From: a virus
Taxonomy: Duplodnaviria > Caudoviricetes
Strand: one strand, 5' to 3'
Virus record (IMG/VR): IMGVR_UViG_3300033407_000037
Span: 1-44,293 of that record
Length of the DNA: 44,293 bases
Notes under the pieces: model-generated
What the model saw: the letters and a program-made list of their open reading frames with translations, nothing else
Told to the model about the DNA's origin: nothing
The model's database searches: none
Translations under genes and position numbers: made by a program
In this document: positions 18,610-26,234 of the stretch, piece after piece
How the letters are laid out: each line of letters begins with the position of its first letter
Position numbering within the stretch: position 1 is the stretch's first letter

Positions 18610-19054
18610 CCCGCGCCAGCTCGCGCTCGAGGAGGCCGAACGTCAACTCGGCACCTATTACTCCTGGTCGGGCGACGACCCTGGTGGCTTCGATTGCAGC
18701 GGGCTGCAGAACCACGTGCTCAAGTCGCCCGGCACGATCCCGCGCCGCGTGCGTCTGACCGCACAAGGCTTCTACGATCGCTGGCCGGCGCGGCGCTTCA
18801 CGCCTGATGCGCCCCAGCTCCTGCGGCCTGGCGTGTTGGTGTTCTGGAAGCGCCCCGACGGTACCGTGCGCCACGTCGAGATGGTCTTCGAGATCCTGAC
18901 CGACGGCACGGTCGTCACGATCGGCGCGTCGGGCGGCGGGCCGAACACCAAGACGCTCGCCGACGCCATCCGTGACAACGCCTTCGTGCAGCTGCGGCCG
19001 CTCGCCCCTGGGTGGGCCGCGGGCGTCGATCCCTTCTTCGGGGAGACCCCATGA
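18593..19054 (+). CDS. NlpC/P60 peptidoglycan peptidase (endolysin)
   Basis: YSWSG...GFDCSG, PGVLVFW, catalytic-type His in RHVEM. Confidence 0.85.
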   Translation: MPDRRSPRQLALEEAERQLGTYYSWSGDDPGGFDCSGLQNHVLKSPGTIPRRVRLTAQGFYDRWPARRFTPDAPQLLRPGVLVFWKRPDGTVRHVEMVFEILTDGTVVTIGASGGGPNTKTLADAIRDNAFVQLRPLAPGWAAGVDPFFGETP

Positions 19055-19341
19055 ACGAGTACCTGGCGGACGACAACTTCCAATCGGAAGACAAGGCGGT
19101 CCACCTCCTGCTGGGGATGCTGCTCGCGATCCTCGTGCGCCACTACGTCTGGGCGGGTTGGCAAACGGGCATCTTCGCGATCGTGGTGCTCGGCTGGGAG
19201 GTGTTCGAGTTCCTGCGGTGGCGCGCGTGGCAGGCGAAGGCGGCGCCAGCGCCGCGGCCGTGGGCCTGCGACCTCCTGAGCTGGCGCGACGTCGTCGCGG
19301 GCTGCGCGGGCGGGTTGCTCGCAGCGGTACTCAGGTTGTGA
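19051..19341 (+). CDS. Membrane protein with DKxxH...WExxE...D motif (VanZ/YfiM-like)
   Basis: EDKAVHLLLG, LGWEVFE, SWRDVVA with three hydrophobic segments; ATGA overlap. Confidence 0.55.
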   Translation: MNEYLADDNFQSEDKAVHLLLGMLLAILVRHYVWAGWQTGIFAIVVLGWEVFEFLRWRAWQAKAAPAPRPWACDLLSWRDVVAGCAGGLLAAVLRL

Positions 19342-19604
19342 CCGAGCTCGGCCAGGCCGCGCCTGACGATAGGTGGCTCAAGCACCCGGGCCAGTGGCGC
19401 GGGACGCTGCCTGAAGCGGGTGGGCGCTCGGCAAACGTCTCATGCCCGAAGTGTGGCCACGCTGCGTCGCTGTCAGATCACACGATCAAGCCCGATGGCA
19501 CCGTCGAGCCATCGCTCGTGTGCGCCTACGATGGCTCGACGCCGGATCTCTCGCCGGCGTGTGACTTCCACGACCAGGTGCGTCTCATCGGATGGGCGCC
19601 ATGA
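19338..19604 (+). CDS. Small Cys/His zinc-binding protein
   Basis: CPKCG...H...PSLVC...CDFH; GTGA overlap. Confidence 0.6.
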   Translation: MTELGQAAPDDRWLKHPGQWRGTLPEAGGRSANVSCPKCGHAASLSDHTIKPDGTVEPSLVCAYDGSTPDLSPACDFHDQVRLIGWAP

Positions 19605-19666
19605 CGTGGTGGGAGGCGGTGCTTCTCGTCTGGGCGACGTGGTGGACGGCGATCGCGCATGAGTAG
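19601..19666 (+). CDS. 21-aa Trp-rich hydrophobic micro-ORF (MTWWEAVLLVWATWWTAIAHE)
   Basis: ATGA overlap with upstream stop and overlap with next start; below the ORF-track cutoff. Confidence 0.45.
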   Translation: MTWWEAVLLVWATWWTAIAHE

Positions 19667-19892
19667 ATCGGCACTGTTCTGGACCAGCTGCGCGGCGGCG
19701 CTGCTCGCGAGCGCGGCGACGGCGGCGGCGATCCCGCACCAGGCGCCGCGCGTCTGCTGTCGGGCCGTCCTGCCCCCTAAGGGCGACACCGTGCGGCTGG
19801 CGGTGATCTGCGCCGACGTGTACCCCCGGGATTCGCTGGGGGCTGTGCGGATCACGCGGGCCTGGGCGCCCGAGAAAGAAAGGGCACGATGA
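19659..19892 (+). CDS. Small secreted protein
   Basis: Signal-peptide-like N-terminus; overlapping operon arrangement. Confidence 0.45.
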   Translation: MSRSALFWTSCAAALLASAATAAAIPHQAPRVCCRAVLPPKGDTVRLAVICADVYPRDSLGAVRITRAWAPEKERAR

Positions 19893-20494
19893 GCGGCCGC
19901 GGCGTGGGACTCGGGACGATTGTGGTCGCGGCGCTCGCCGGGGCCTTCCTCGCCGGCGACTGTCGCGGCGGCGGGGAGGCCCGGGCCGAGCGGGAGCGAT
20001 GGGCTGCGAAGCTCGCGGTGGAGGCAGAGTCAACGGCGGCGTGGCGGATCCGGGCGGCGGCCGCGGCCGCCGAGGCGCAGCGGCTGCGCGAGGACTCGGC
20101 GCGCGTGTACCCCGCCTGGGGACTCGCTCGCGAGGCCGCCGATGCCGGGCTCGCCGCAGTGCGCGAGCTGGCGCGCAGCCGGCTGGCGGCGGGCGATACG
20201 GCGGGGGCGCGGGTCGTTGAAGCGGCGGCCAATGCGGCGGATGCCGAGCGGGCCGCCTGCTCCGTCGTGGTGGTGAACTGCGAGGCGCGGGCGGCGACCG
20301 CCGAGACGGCCCGGGCGGATGCCGCGGGCCGCGTGGACTCCCTGGCGGCGGTGCTCGACACGACGGGGATCAAGCTGCAAGCCGCCGAGCGCCGAGCCTC
20401 GTCGGGCTTCCTCGGCCTCCGCGACCTCTGGCGCGCCAAGGAGGAGCTCGGCGCCGTCGTCCTCCTACTCTTGGGTCTCACGGTCGTCAAGTAG
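19889..20494 (+). CDS. Spanin-like coiled-coil membrane protein
   Basis: N-terminal hydrophobic segment ending FLAGDC, long Ala-rich helix, C-terminal hydrophobic tail; last lysis gene. Confidence 0.55.
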   Translation: MSGRGVGLGTIVVAALAGAFLAGDCRGGGEARAERERWAAKLAVEAESTAAWRIRAAAAAAEAQRLREDSARVYPAWGLAREAADAGLAAVRELARSRLAAGDTAGARVVEAAANAADAERAACSVVVVNCEARAATAETARADAAGRVDSLAAVLDTTGIKLQAAERRASSGFLGLRDLWRAKEELGAVVLLLLGLTVVK

Positions 20495-20511
20495 CGGGGG
20501 TGCCGGCTCTG

Positions 20512-20543
20512 GCCCTGAGTCTGCAGACGGCTGCACTCAGGGC
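20512..20543. terminator. Hairpin between convergent lysis and repressor genes
   Basis: GCCCTGAG/CTCAGGGC plus TGCAG/CTGCA stem, loop ACGG; no U-tract. Confidence 0.5.
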
Positions 20544-21202
20544 TCGGCGCTGGGCTTCTCCTTCGCGAGATCCGCTGCCATCGCCTTTAGCATCTCCGAC
20601 CGGATCTCGCGCGCCATCGCCGGATAGCCCAGGTCGTCGAGCGCCCCGCACAGCGACACCATGGCCCGCAGGAGGCTCGGACCCTGGAGTTCCTGCGCCT
20701 CAATCCCCTGGCGCACGGCGCGGACTGCGATCTCTCGCTGCACGTCCTTCGGCAACCGTTTAAGTACGTCGAGCAGCGCCCCCCACACCGAGCCCGGCCC
20801 TGTAGTGGGCGGCGGTACGTGCGGCTCCGCCAGTGTCGCGGGGCCGCCACGACCGCCCGGATAGGCGCTGCCAGCCGGAGTCCCCCCCCCTGCCGATCTC
20901 GCGCCCTGGGGCAGCCCAGGCTCGCCTTTGGGCACATCTGCGGCCTTAGGGAACAACCAGTCTGCGGACACGCCGAGGAGCGCGGGTAGCGTTGCCGCAA
21001 CCGGCCCTGACGGTTTGGCCCGGCCCCGTGTCCACGACGCCGCCAATGACCGCGAAACACCCAGCTCCTTTGCGAGCCGGGCAGCCTTCCAGCCTCTCGT
21101 TGCCAGGGCGATCCTCAGCCGCTGCGCGAACAAGTCATTGTTGCTCTGCGACTTACTGCCGCCGATGGATGCCCCCTTGACAAAGCGCGCCGATGCACGC
21201 AT
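20537..21202 (-). CDS. XRE-family HTH repressor (CI-like; start uncertain)
   Basis: FAQRLRIAL...AARLAKELGVSRSLAASWTRG..KPS...LLGVSADWL; divergent from the early operon; no S24 peptidase motif seen. Confidence 0.8.
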   Translation of the reverse strand: MRASARFVKGASIGGSKSQSNNDLFAQRLRIALATRGWKAARLAKELGVSRSLAASWTRGRAKPSGPVAATLPALLGVSADWLFPKAADVPKGEPGLPQGARSAGGGTPAGSAYPGGRGGPATLAEPHVPPPTTGPGSVWGALLDVLKRLPKDVQREIAVRAVRQGIEAQELQGPSLLRAMVSLCGALDDLGYPAMAREIRSEMLKAMAADLAKEKPSAEP

Positions 21203-21205
21203 TGT
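21177..21205 (+). promoter_or_regulatory. Probable rightward early promoter
   Basis: Perfect TTGACA, 17 nt, CATTGT, upstream of the Cro-position gene. Confidence 0.5.
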
Positions 21206-21268
21206 AGTGGCCGGTGCGGGAGTCCTCACCCGCCACGGACTCACATCGAACCCGGGAGCATAGGTCAC

Positions 21269-21505
21269 GTGGGACGGCACCGCAAGGTCAAGGAGTTCAA
21301 GGTCGGGTTGAGTCGCGAAGACACCGCCGCCCTGCAGGACCTCGCCCGGCTCGAGCGCGACGTGCGGAAGGACCCGGAGCTCGGCGGGGCCACACTACTT
21401 CGGGAGTACGCGATGCCGCGCGTCCACGAGCGCCTCGCCGAGCTGAAGGCCGCCGAGCAGGCGCGCCGCGAGCAGCTGTCTCTCCAGCCGACCGGCACCG
21501 AGTAG
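21269..21505 (+). CDS. Cro-position DNA-binding protein (ribbon-helix-helix-like)
   Basis: First gene divergent from the repressor; strand KEFKVGL followed by two helices. Confidence 0.5.
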   Translation: MGRHRKVKEFKVGLSREDTAALQDLARLERDVRKDPELGGATLLREYAMPRVHERLAELKAAEQARREQLSLQPTGTE

Positions 21506-21508
21506 CCC

Positions 21509-21901
21509 ATGCCGACCCCTCTCACTGCTGGGATTCCCGTCTCTATCGACCAGGCCCGCGCCCAGCTGCGGGCATCGGGCTGGGTCGAGCTGCTGTCGGG
21601 CCTCCGGGGCGACCTCGCCAACATGCGGCGGTTCGGTGAGTTCAAGACCACCGCGGCCCAGATCGCCGTTGACGCCCGGCTCGACGAACTCGACGCCGCG
21701 TTGCGCGAGGTGGGCGAGCAAGTGGTCTACGGCCCCCCGCGGAACAGCGAAACCGCCCAAGAGGACTTGAGAAATGCCGCGGCACTCCTGACGCTCGCCG
21801 CGGTGGATGCCCAGGGCCAGGTCGTGCTGTCCCGCGCGGAGTGCGAGGCCATCCTCGGGCGGCTCGAGCGGGCCTACCGGAAGCTGGAGGGGCCGGCATG
21901 A
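21509..21901 (+). CDS. Hypothetical protein sharing the LRASGWVELL module with 32775-33215
   Basis: Operon position; internal paralogous motif. Confidence 0.6.
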   Translation: MPTPLTAGIPVSIDQARAQLRASGWVELLSGLRGDLANMRRFGEFKTTAAQIAVDARLDELDAALREVGEQVVYGPPRNSETAQEDLRNAAALLTLAAVDAQGQVVLSRAECEAILGRLERAYRKLEGPA

Positions 21902-22359
21902 CGGCCACGTTAGAGCGTCCCGCACGCCGGCGCGACTCCGCCCATGTCGGGCGCCTAGCCCGCCGGTTCGCCGAGGCCACCGATCGCACGCCGGGCTCGG
22001 CCGGCCAACGCTTGAGCGGTGGCAAGGGCCGTCTCCTCACTGACGCCGTCGCCTTCCTGCAGCTCTGCCGCGAGGGGCCTCACCGCGTCGAGGGCGAGGC
22101 GTTCCTGCACGTGTGCACCGAGGCGTTCCGCGGCGAGGCGGTCGCCCGCTGGCACGGCGAGCTGGTGGAGGAGGTCTCCCACCTCGATGGGATTGAGGAC
22201 GGGCGGCTGACGGCGATCGCCGCGCGCGTCCAGGCGGGGACGGCGACGGTCGCGGAGGTGCGCGACTATGCGCGCCTCTTGATGCGGGAGATCGAGTCGA
22301 AGCTGCGCTTGTACGATGCCGCGATCGCGCTCACCCACACGCTGAGGGGGCCCGCGTGA
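21898..22359 (+). CDS. Hypothetical protein
   Basis: GGAGG RBS, ATGA overlap. Confidence 0.6.
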   Translation: MTATLERPARRRDSAHVGRLARRFAEATDRTPGSAGQRLSGGKGRLLTDAVAFLQLCREGPHRVEGEAFLHVCTEAFRGEAVARWHGELVEEVSHLDGIEDGRLTAIAARVQAGTATVAEVRDYARLLMREIESKLRLYDAAIALTHTLRGPA

Positions 22360-22520
22360 TCGCCCTCGTCGCGGTCATCATCCTCGGCACGATCGCCGTC
22401 TGCGTCGGCGAAGTGATCGGCGGGGCGGTGGCCGAGTGGGCCCCGGGCGCCTACGCACAATGGAAACGCGAGTACGAGCGGCACCGCGAGCAGCTCCGCA
22501 GCGGGACGCGGGACGCGTGA
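22356..22520 (+). CDS. Small membrane protein (54 aa)
   Basis: GTGA overlaps at both ends; MIALVAVIILGTIAVCVG hydrophobic start; read manually. Confidence 0.55.
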   Translation: MIALVAVIILGTIAVCVGEVIGGAVAEWAPGAYAQWKREYERHREQLRSGTRDA

Positions 22521-22756
22521 AACTCATCGCATGGAAACTCGGCCGACGCTGGACCTGCTTTCACGTGGCCGCCTTCGGCAAGCCCCTCTGCGGGCGCCCG
22601 GTCCCCGACGCGCTGCAGCGCACGACGACGATGGACGCCCGGCCCCAGCAGTGGTTGAACGGCAGCATCTGCCGGCAGTGCCGCGAAGTGCTCTTGCGGC
22701 GCGGCCCGGCCGAAGTCGAAGCCCCGATCCCAACCCTCACCGGAGGTAACCCATGA
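22517..22756 (+). CDS. Small zinc-finger protein
   Basis: H...LCG...CRQC; GTGA overlap. Confidence 0.55.
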   Translation: MKLIAWKLGRRWTCFHVAAFGKPLCGRPVPDALQRTTTMDARPQQWLNGSICRQCREVLLRRGPAEVEAPIPTLTGGNP

Positions 22757-23661
22757 CGGAAGCCTCGAAGTCCAAGGCCGTGGCGACGCAGCCCGAGCCG
22801 CCGCAGATCGCCGAAACGCCCGACGCGCTCGAGCAGCAGCTCCTCGCCGATGCCAAGACGCCCCAAGAGCGGGCGATGGCCTACCAGCTCGCCACCACGG
22901 CGCGGCAGCAGACGATGCTGCGGCGGGCGGCGATGGCGGTGGCCGAGACCGGCTGGGGCAAGGATGTGTCGCCCGTCGCCCGCCAGGCGGTCGTGCGCTA
23001 CTGCATGGAGATCGGCGCCGACCCCGTGCGGCACGTGCACATCCTGGGCGGCACCGTCTACTTGAACGCCGCGTTCTGGATGGAGCTGGTCGCGGCCAAT
23101 CCGAAGTTCCTGCGCGCGGCGCCGCCGGAGTTCATCCACGACGACGACCGGGCCACGCCCGAGGAACGCCAAGCGCGGAAGGCGCGGCGGGTCGAGTTCG
23201 GGGTGCCCGAGCAGGTCAAGGGCGCCGCCGTGGTGACGCTGTTCTACGCGGGCGACCGCGGCCCGTTCATCGGGGTCAACTGGGCGGGCTCCTACGGGAA
23301 GAAGCAGGACCCCGTCGGCGACCAGGATCCGACCAAGACGGCCGAGACGCGGGCGTACCGGCGGGCGGCGATCAAGGCCGAACCCGCCTGGTTCCGCGAC
23401 CACCCCCGGCTGCAGGCGGCGCAGGAAATCCTCGTGCAGGGCCGCGAGCTCGAGCGGGCGGTCGAGGCGCTGCCCGCGCTGGGGCGGACGCCGGTCGCGA
23501 CCGATGGTGGCTACGCGACCGACCCTGGGCCAACGGAGCCACCGGCGGCGCCGAAGGTCGGCGTGATCGAGCGCCACCAGCCCAGCGCCGTGTGCGGCGT
23601 CGAAGGTGAGCACCGTCGGGAAGACTGCGGTTACCACCGGAAGCCGCAGGTCGATGCCTGA
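22753..23661 (+). CDS. Single-strand annealing recombinase (RecT/Bet/Rad52-like)
   Basis: GADPVRHVHILGGTVY and KTAETRAYRRA motifs; GGAGG RBS. Confidence 0.65.
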   Translation: MTEASKSKAVATQPEPPQIAETPDALEQQLLADAKTPQERAMAYQLATTARQQTMLRRAAMAVAETGWGKDVSPVARQAVVRYCMEIGADPVRHVHILGGTVYLNAAFWMELVAANPKFLRAAPPEFIHDDDRATPEERQARKARRVEFGVPEQVKGAAVVTLFYAGDRGPFIGVNWAGSYGKKQDPVGDQDPTKTAETRAYRRAAIKAEPAWFRDHPRLQAAQEILVQGRELERAVEALPALGRTPVATDGGYATDPGPTEPPAAPKVGVIERHQPSAVCGVEGEHRREDCGYHRKPQVDA

Positions 23662-24067
23662 GACTGTCGCCCCCTGCCCGCTCTGCGGCGACACGGCGAC
23701 GCCCCGGCTGTACTTCCGCCAGGGCGAGCCGAACACGCCGGGCGGCTACCGCCATGTGAATTGCAACGTCTGCGGCGCGCATTGGACCGAGCCCTGGGTG
23801 ACGCCAGAGGTGACCTGCGGGACCTGCGGGGCAGAGACGCCGCGGCTGACCGCTCGGGCCCCGGCTGAGGGGTGGGCACCGGAGGGCGGCTGGCAGCGGG
23901 GGGACATCCCCGTGGTGGTGCTGGGCGAGTGCGCGGGCTGCGCCGCGGAGGCCAAACGGGCGGCGCTCGAAGCGCGGCAGCGGAACCCGCAGATCCTCGA
24001 GCGGGTGCGGCTCGGCGAAGCGGCGATGCTGGTGGAGTTGGGTGGGAGGACTGCAGCGGCAGCGTAG
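23654..24067 (+). CDS. Cys-rich zinc-binding protein
   Basis: Four CxxC motifs. Confidence 0.6.
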   Translation: MPETVAPCPLCGDTATPRLYFRQGEPNTPGGYRHVNCNVCGAHWTEPWVTPEVTCGTCGAETPRLTARAPAEGWAPEGGWQRGDIPVVVLGECAGCAAEAKRAALEARQRNPQILERVRLGEAAMLVELGGRTAAAA

Positions 24068-24239
24068 CCGACCTGGTATGCGTGAGCCGGCTGTCTTGCG
24101 CGAAACTCGACGGTCGGTGCTCTGCCGGGGAAGCGAACAGCGTGGGTGATCGGCGACAGGCGCTCATAACGCAACGTCGGCCGGTTGATGCAGGGGGGCG
24201 ACCCCCGACCGCGCCCTGGTTGGTGGCGTAAAGCATCGG
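24067..24239 (+). ncRNA. Candidate structured RNA upstream of the HNH gene
   Basis: Nested stems GCCGAC/GTCGGC, TGCG-TGAGC/GCTCA-CGCA, CTGTC/GACAG; then GATGC/GCATC enclosing GGGGG-GCGA-CCCCC and CGCC/GGCG. Confidence 0.4.
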
Positions 24240-24251
24240 AGCGAGTACGCG

Positions 24252-24725
24252 ATGATTGCCGACGTGCGTGGGCAAAACTTCGGCAGACTGACGGCGGTGC
24301 AGCGCGTTGGCACCAATGCGTCGAGGACTTCTCTCTGGCTATGTCGCTGTGTGTGCGGGAAGTCGAAGACGGTGCGCTTGGACGATCTGCGCCGCGGCCA
24401 GACGAAATCGTGCGGGTGCCTAAGCAGGGATGTGAGTACGAAGCACGGGAAGCGCGACCACCCGCTCTATGAATGCTGGAAGGCAATGAAGGGTCGCTGT
24501 CGCGATGTAAGGCGAAAGAACTACCGCAATTACGGCGGTCGCGGAATCGAAGTTTGTGAGCGTTGGGCGAAGAGCTTTGAGGCGTTCCTGGTTGACATGG
24601 GCCCTAGGCCCTCGCCGCAGCACAGCATTGATCGGATCGACAACGACGGCAACTACGAGCCGAGCAACTGTCGATGGGCCACGCGCAGCGAGCAGCAAGC
24701 GAATCGGCGACGACAAACGAGTTGA
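24252..24725 (+). CDS. HNH homing endonuclease
   Basis: GQNFGRLT...WLCRCVCG...SCGC...YGGRGI.VCERW..F..F..DMG...[22 protein letters not shown]. Confidence 0.9.
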   Translation: MIADVRGQNFGRLTAVQRVGTNASRTSLWLCRCVCGKSKTVRLDDLRRGQTKSCGCLSRDVSTKHGKRDHPLYECWKAMKGRCRDVRRKNYRNYGGRGIEVCERWAKSFEAFLVDMGPRPSPQHSIDRIDNDGNYEPSNCRWATRSEQQANRRRQTS

Positions 24726-24726
24726 C

Positions 24727-24803
24727 CGCCCTGGGCTGTTTGGACGTCGGCGGCCGGCGAAGGACCCGCCGGTGCAGGAGGGCTCCCGACGAGGCCCAGG
24801 GCG
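24727..24803 (+). ncRNA. Candidate structured RNA downstream of the HNH gene
   Basis: 10-bp CGCCCTGGGC/GCCCAGGGCG enclosing CGTCGG/CCGACG and CCGGCG/CGCCGG. Confidence 0.4.
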
Positions 24804-24823
24804 CTCGACCCGAAGGGAGGCGC

Positions 24824-25066
24824 ATGGACATCCAGATCATGATCGAGCCGACGCCCGAGTTCACCAACGTGCGCGGCTCGCCGTGCCGGGTGTGGAAGGG
24901 CGTCAGCGCCGAGGGCGTGCCCTGCCTCGTCTATGTGTCCGCGATCGCCGTCCCCGCGCACGCGCAATCCGCGGAGTTCGACCAGCAGTTGCAATCGCTC
25001 GGCACGGGGCCGCTCACGATGCTCGGCACGTTGCAAGGCCCACACGATCAAGGGAGAAAAGGATGA
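24824..25066 (+). CDS. Hypothetical protein
   Basis: GGGAGG RBS before ATG. Confidence 0.6.
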   Translation: MDIQIMIEPTPEFTNVRGSPCRVWKGVSAEGVPCLVYVSAIAVPAHAQSAEFDQQLQSLGTGPLTMLGTLQGPHDQGRKG

Positions 25067-25683
25067 CGACCGCCACCCGATCCGCTGCCTTGAAGTTGCC
25101 CCAGGTCCTCGCCGATCTCGACCTGAAGCTCGGGAAGGCGCTCAACGCGCCGCTCCGCGAGATCTGGCCCGAGCAGGAGAAGTTCCAGAAGGCCGAGCAG
25201 CCGGAGGAGATCGCCAAGATCCTCATCCGCACCGAGCTGCACGAGCGGCTCCTCAACGCGAAGATCGCCTACCTGTTCCGGCCGGACATCCTGTCGCGCG
25301 GGGACTCGAAGCTCACCGTCGCGGCCAAGGCCGGCGGGCCGCTCGCCTTCCTGACGGCCTACGACTTCGTCGTGTGCTTCAATCACAAGCTCTGGCTGCG
25401 GCTCACGCCCGAGCAGCGCCTCGCCTGCGTCGATCATGCGCTGTCGGCGTGCGAGCGGGATCTCGAGACGGGTGCCTACGGGGTCCGGCTCCCCGACGTT
25501 GCGGAGTTCTCCGGCGTCGTGTCGCGCTGGGGGCTCTGGAATCCGCCGCTCCGCGGGTTCGGCGTGGCGATCGAGAGCGCGCAGCTCGAAATCTTCGTGC
25601 CGATGGAGCAGTTCGCGGAGGAGGATCCGCCGGACGACCAGGCGGACGCCGAGCGCCAGCGCATCAAGCGGGGGGGCAAGTGA
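25063..25683 (+). CDS. Phage metallopeptidase-like protein with degenerate active site
   Basis: DFVV.FN...W..LTPEQR.A.VDHALSAC...PDVAEF..VV.RWG; HExxH replaced by HALSA. Confidence 0.65.
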   Translation: MTTATRSAALKLPQVLADLDLKLGKALNAPLREIWPEQEKFQKAEQPEEIAKILIRTELHERLLNAKIAYLFRPDILSRGDSKLTVAAKAGGPLAFLTAYDFVVCFNHKLWLRLTPEQRLACVDHALSACERDLETGAYGVRLPDVAEFSGVVSRWGLWNPPLRGFGVAIESAQLEIFVPMEQFAEEDPPDDQADAERQRIKRGGK

Positions 25684-26234
25684 CCGCAGAGCCCCTGCTC
25701 ATCGGCCCCCGGTACGTCGCGCAGTTCCACGCGCACGTCGAGAAGGCGCCGGGAGATGGCTGCTGGGTCTGGCTGGCGAGCCGCGACGTCGGCGGGTACG
25801 GCCGAGCGGTCGTGCAGCCGCGCCGCGCCATGCCGGCGCATCGGGCGTCGTGGCTGATGCATGTAGGCCCGATTCCACCCGGACTGTGCGTACTGCATCA
25901 CTGCGACAACCGGCCCTGCGTCCGTCCCGATCACCTCTTCCTCGGCGATCGCGGCGACAACGCCCGTGATATGGTGGCGAAGGGCCGTCAGCATGTGCAG
26001 CGGAATCCCGCCGCCCAGCCGGTCTGTCCCCCCGAACGGAAGGCGCGCGGCGAGCGCAACCACCGCTCGCGCGTCACGGCCGCCCAGGTCCTGGAGATCC
26101 GGCAGCGGTTCGCCGCCGGCGAGCGCAAGGGCGCGCTCTGCCGTGCCTTCGGTATCGGCTATTGCGGCATCACGGCGATCGTCACGGGCCAGACGTGGAA
26201 GCACGTCGCCGGCCCTATCAGCGAGGCGGCATGA
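25680..26234 (+). CDS. HNH endonuclease with C-terminal helical DNA-binding region
   Basis: CWVW...GYG...AHRASW...VLHHCDNRPCVRPDHL..G...DN..DM..KGR. Confidence 0.9.
   Translation: MTAEPLLIGPRYVAQFHAHVEKAPGDGCWVWLASRDVGGYGRAVVQPRRAMPAHRASWLMHVGPIPPGLCVLHHCDNRPCVRPDHLFLGDRGDNARDMVAKGRQHVQRNPAAQPVCPPERKARGERNHRSRVTAAQVLEIRQRFAAGERKGALCRAFGIGYCGITAIVTGQTWKHVAGPISEAA

Noticed and set aside
21226-21245. GCCACGG near the early promoter as a third leader copy
   Set aside because: Lacks the GTCG/CGGC hairpin and the downstream terminator
24097-24150. GAAAC...GTC as a hammerhead ribozyme
   Set aside because: No CUGANGA core in a compatible position
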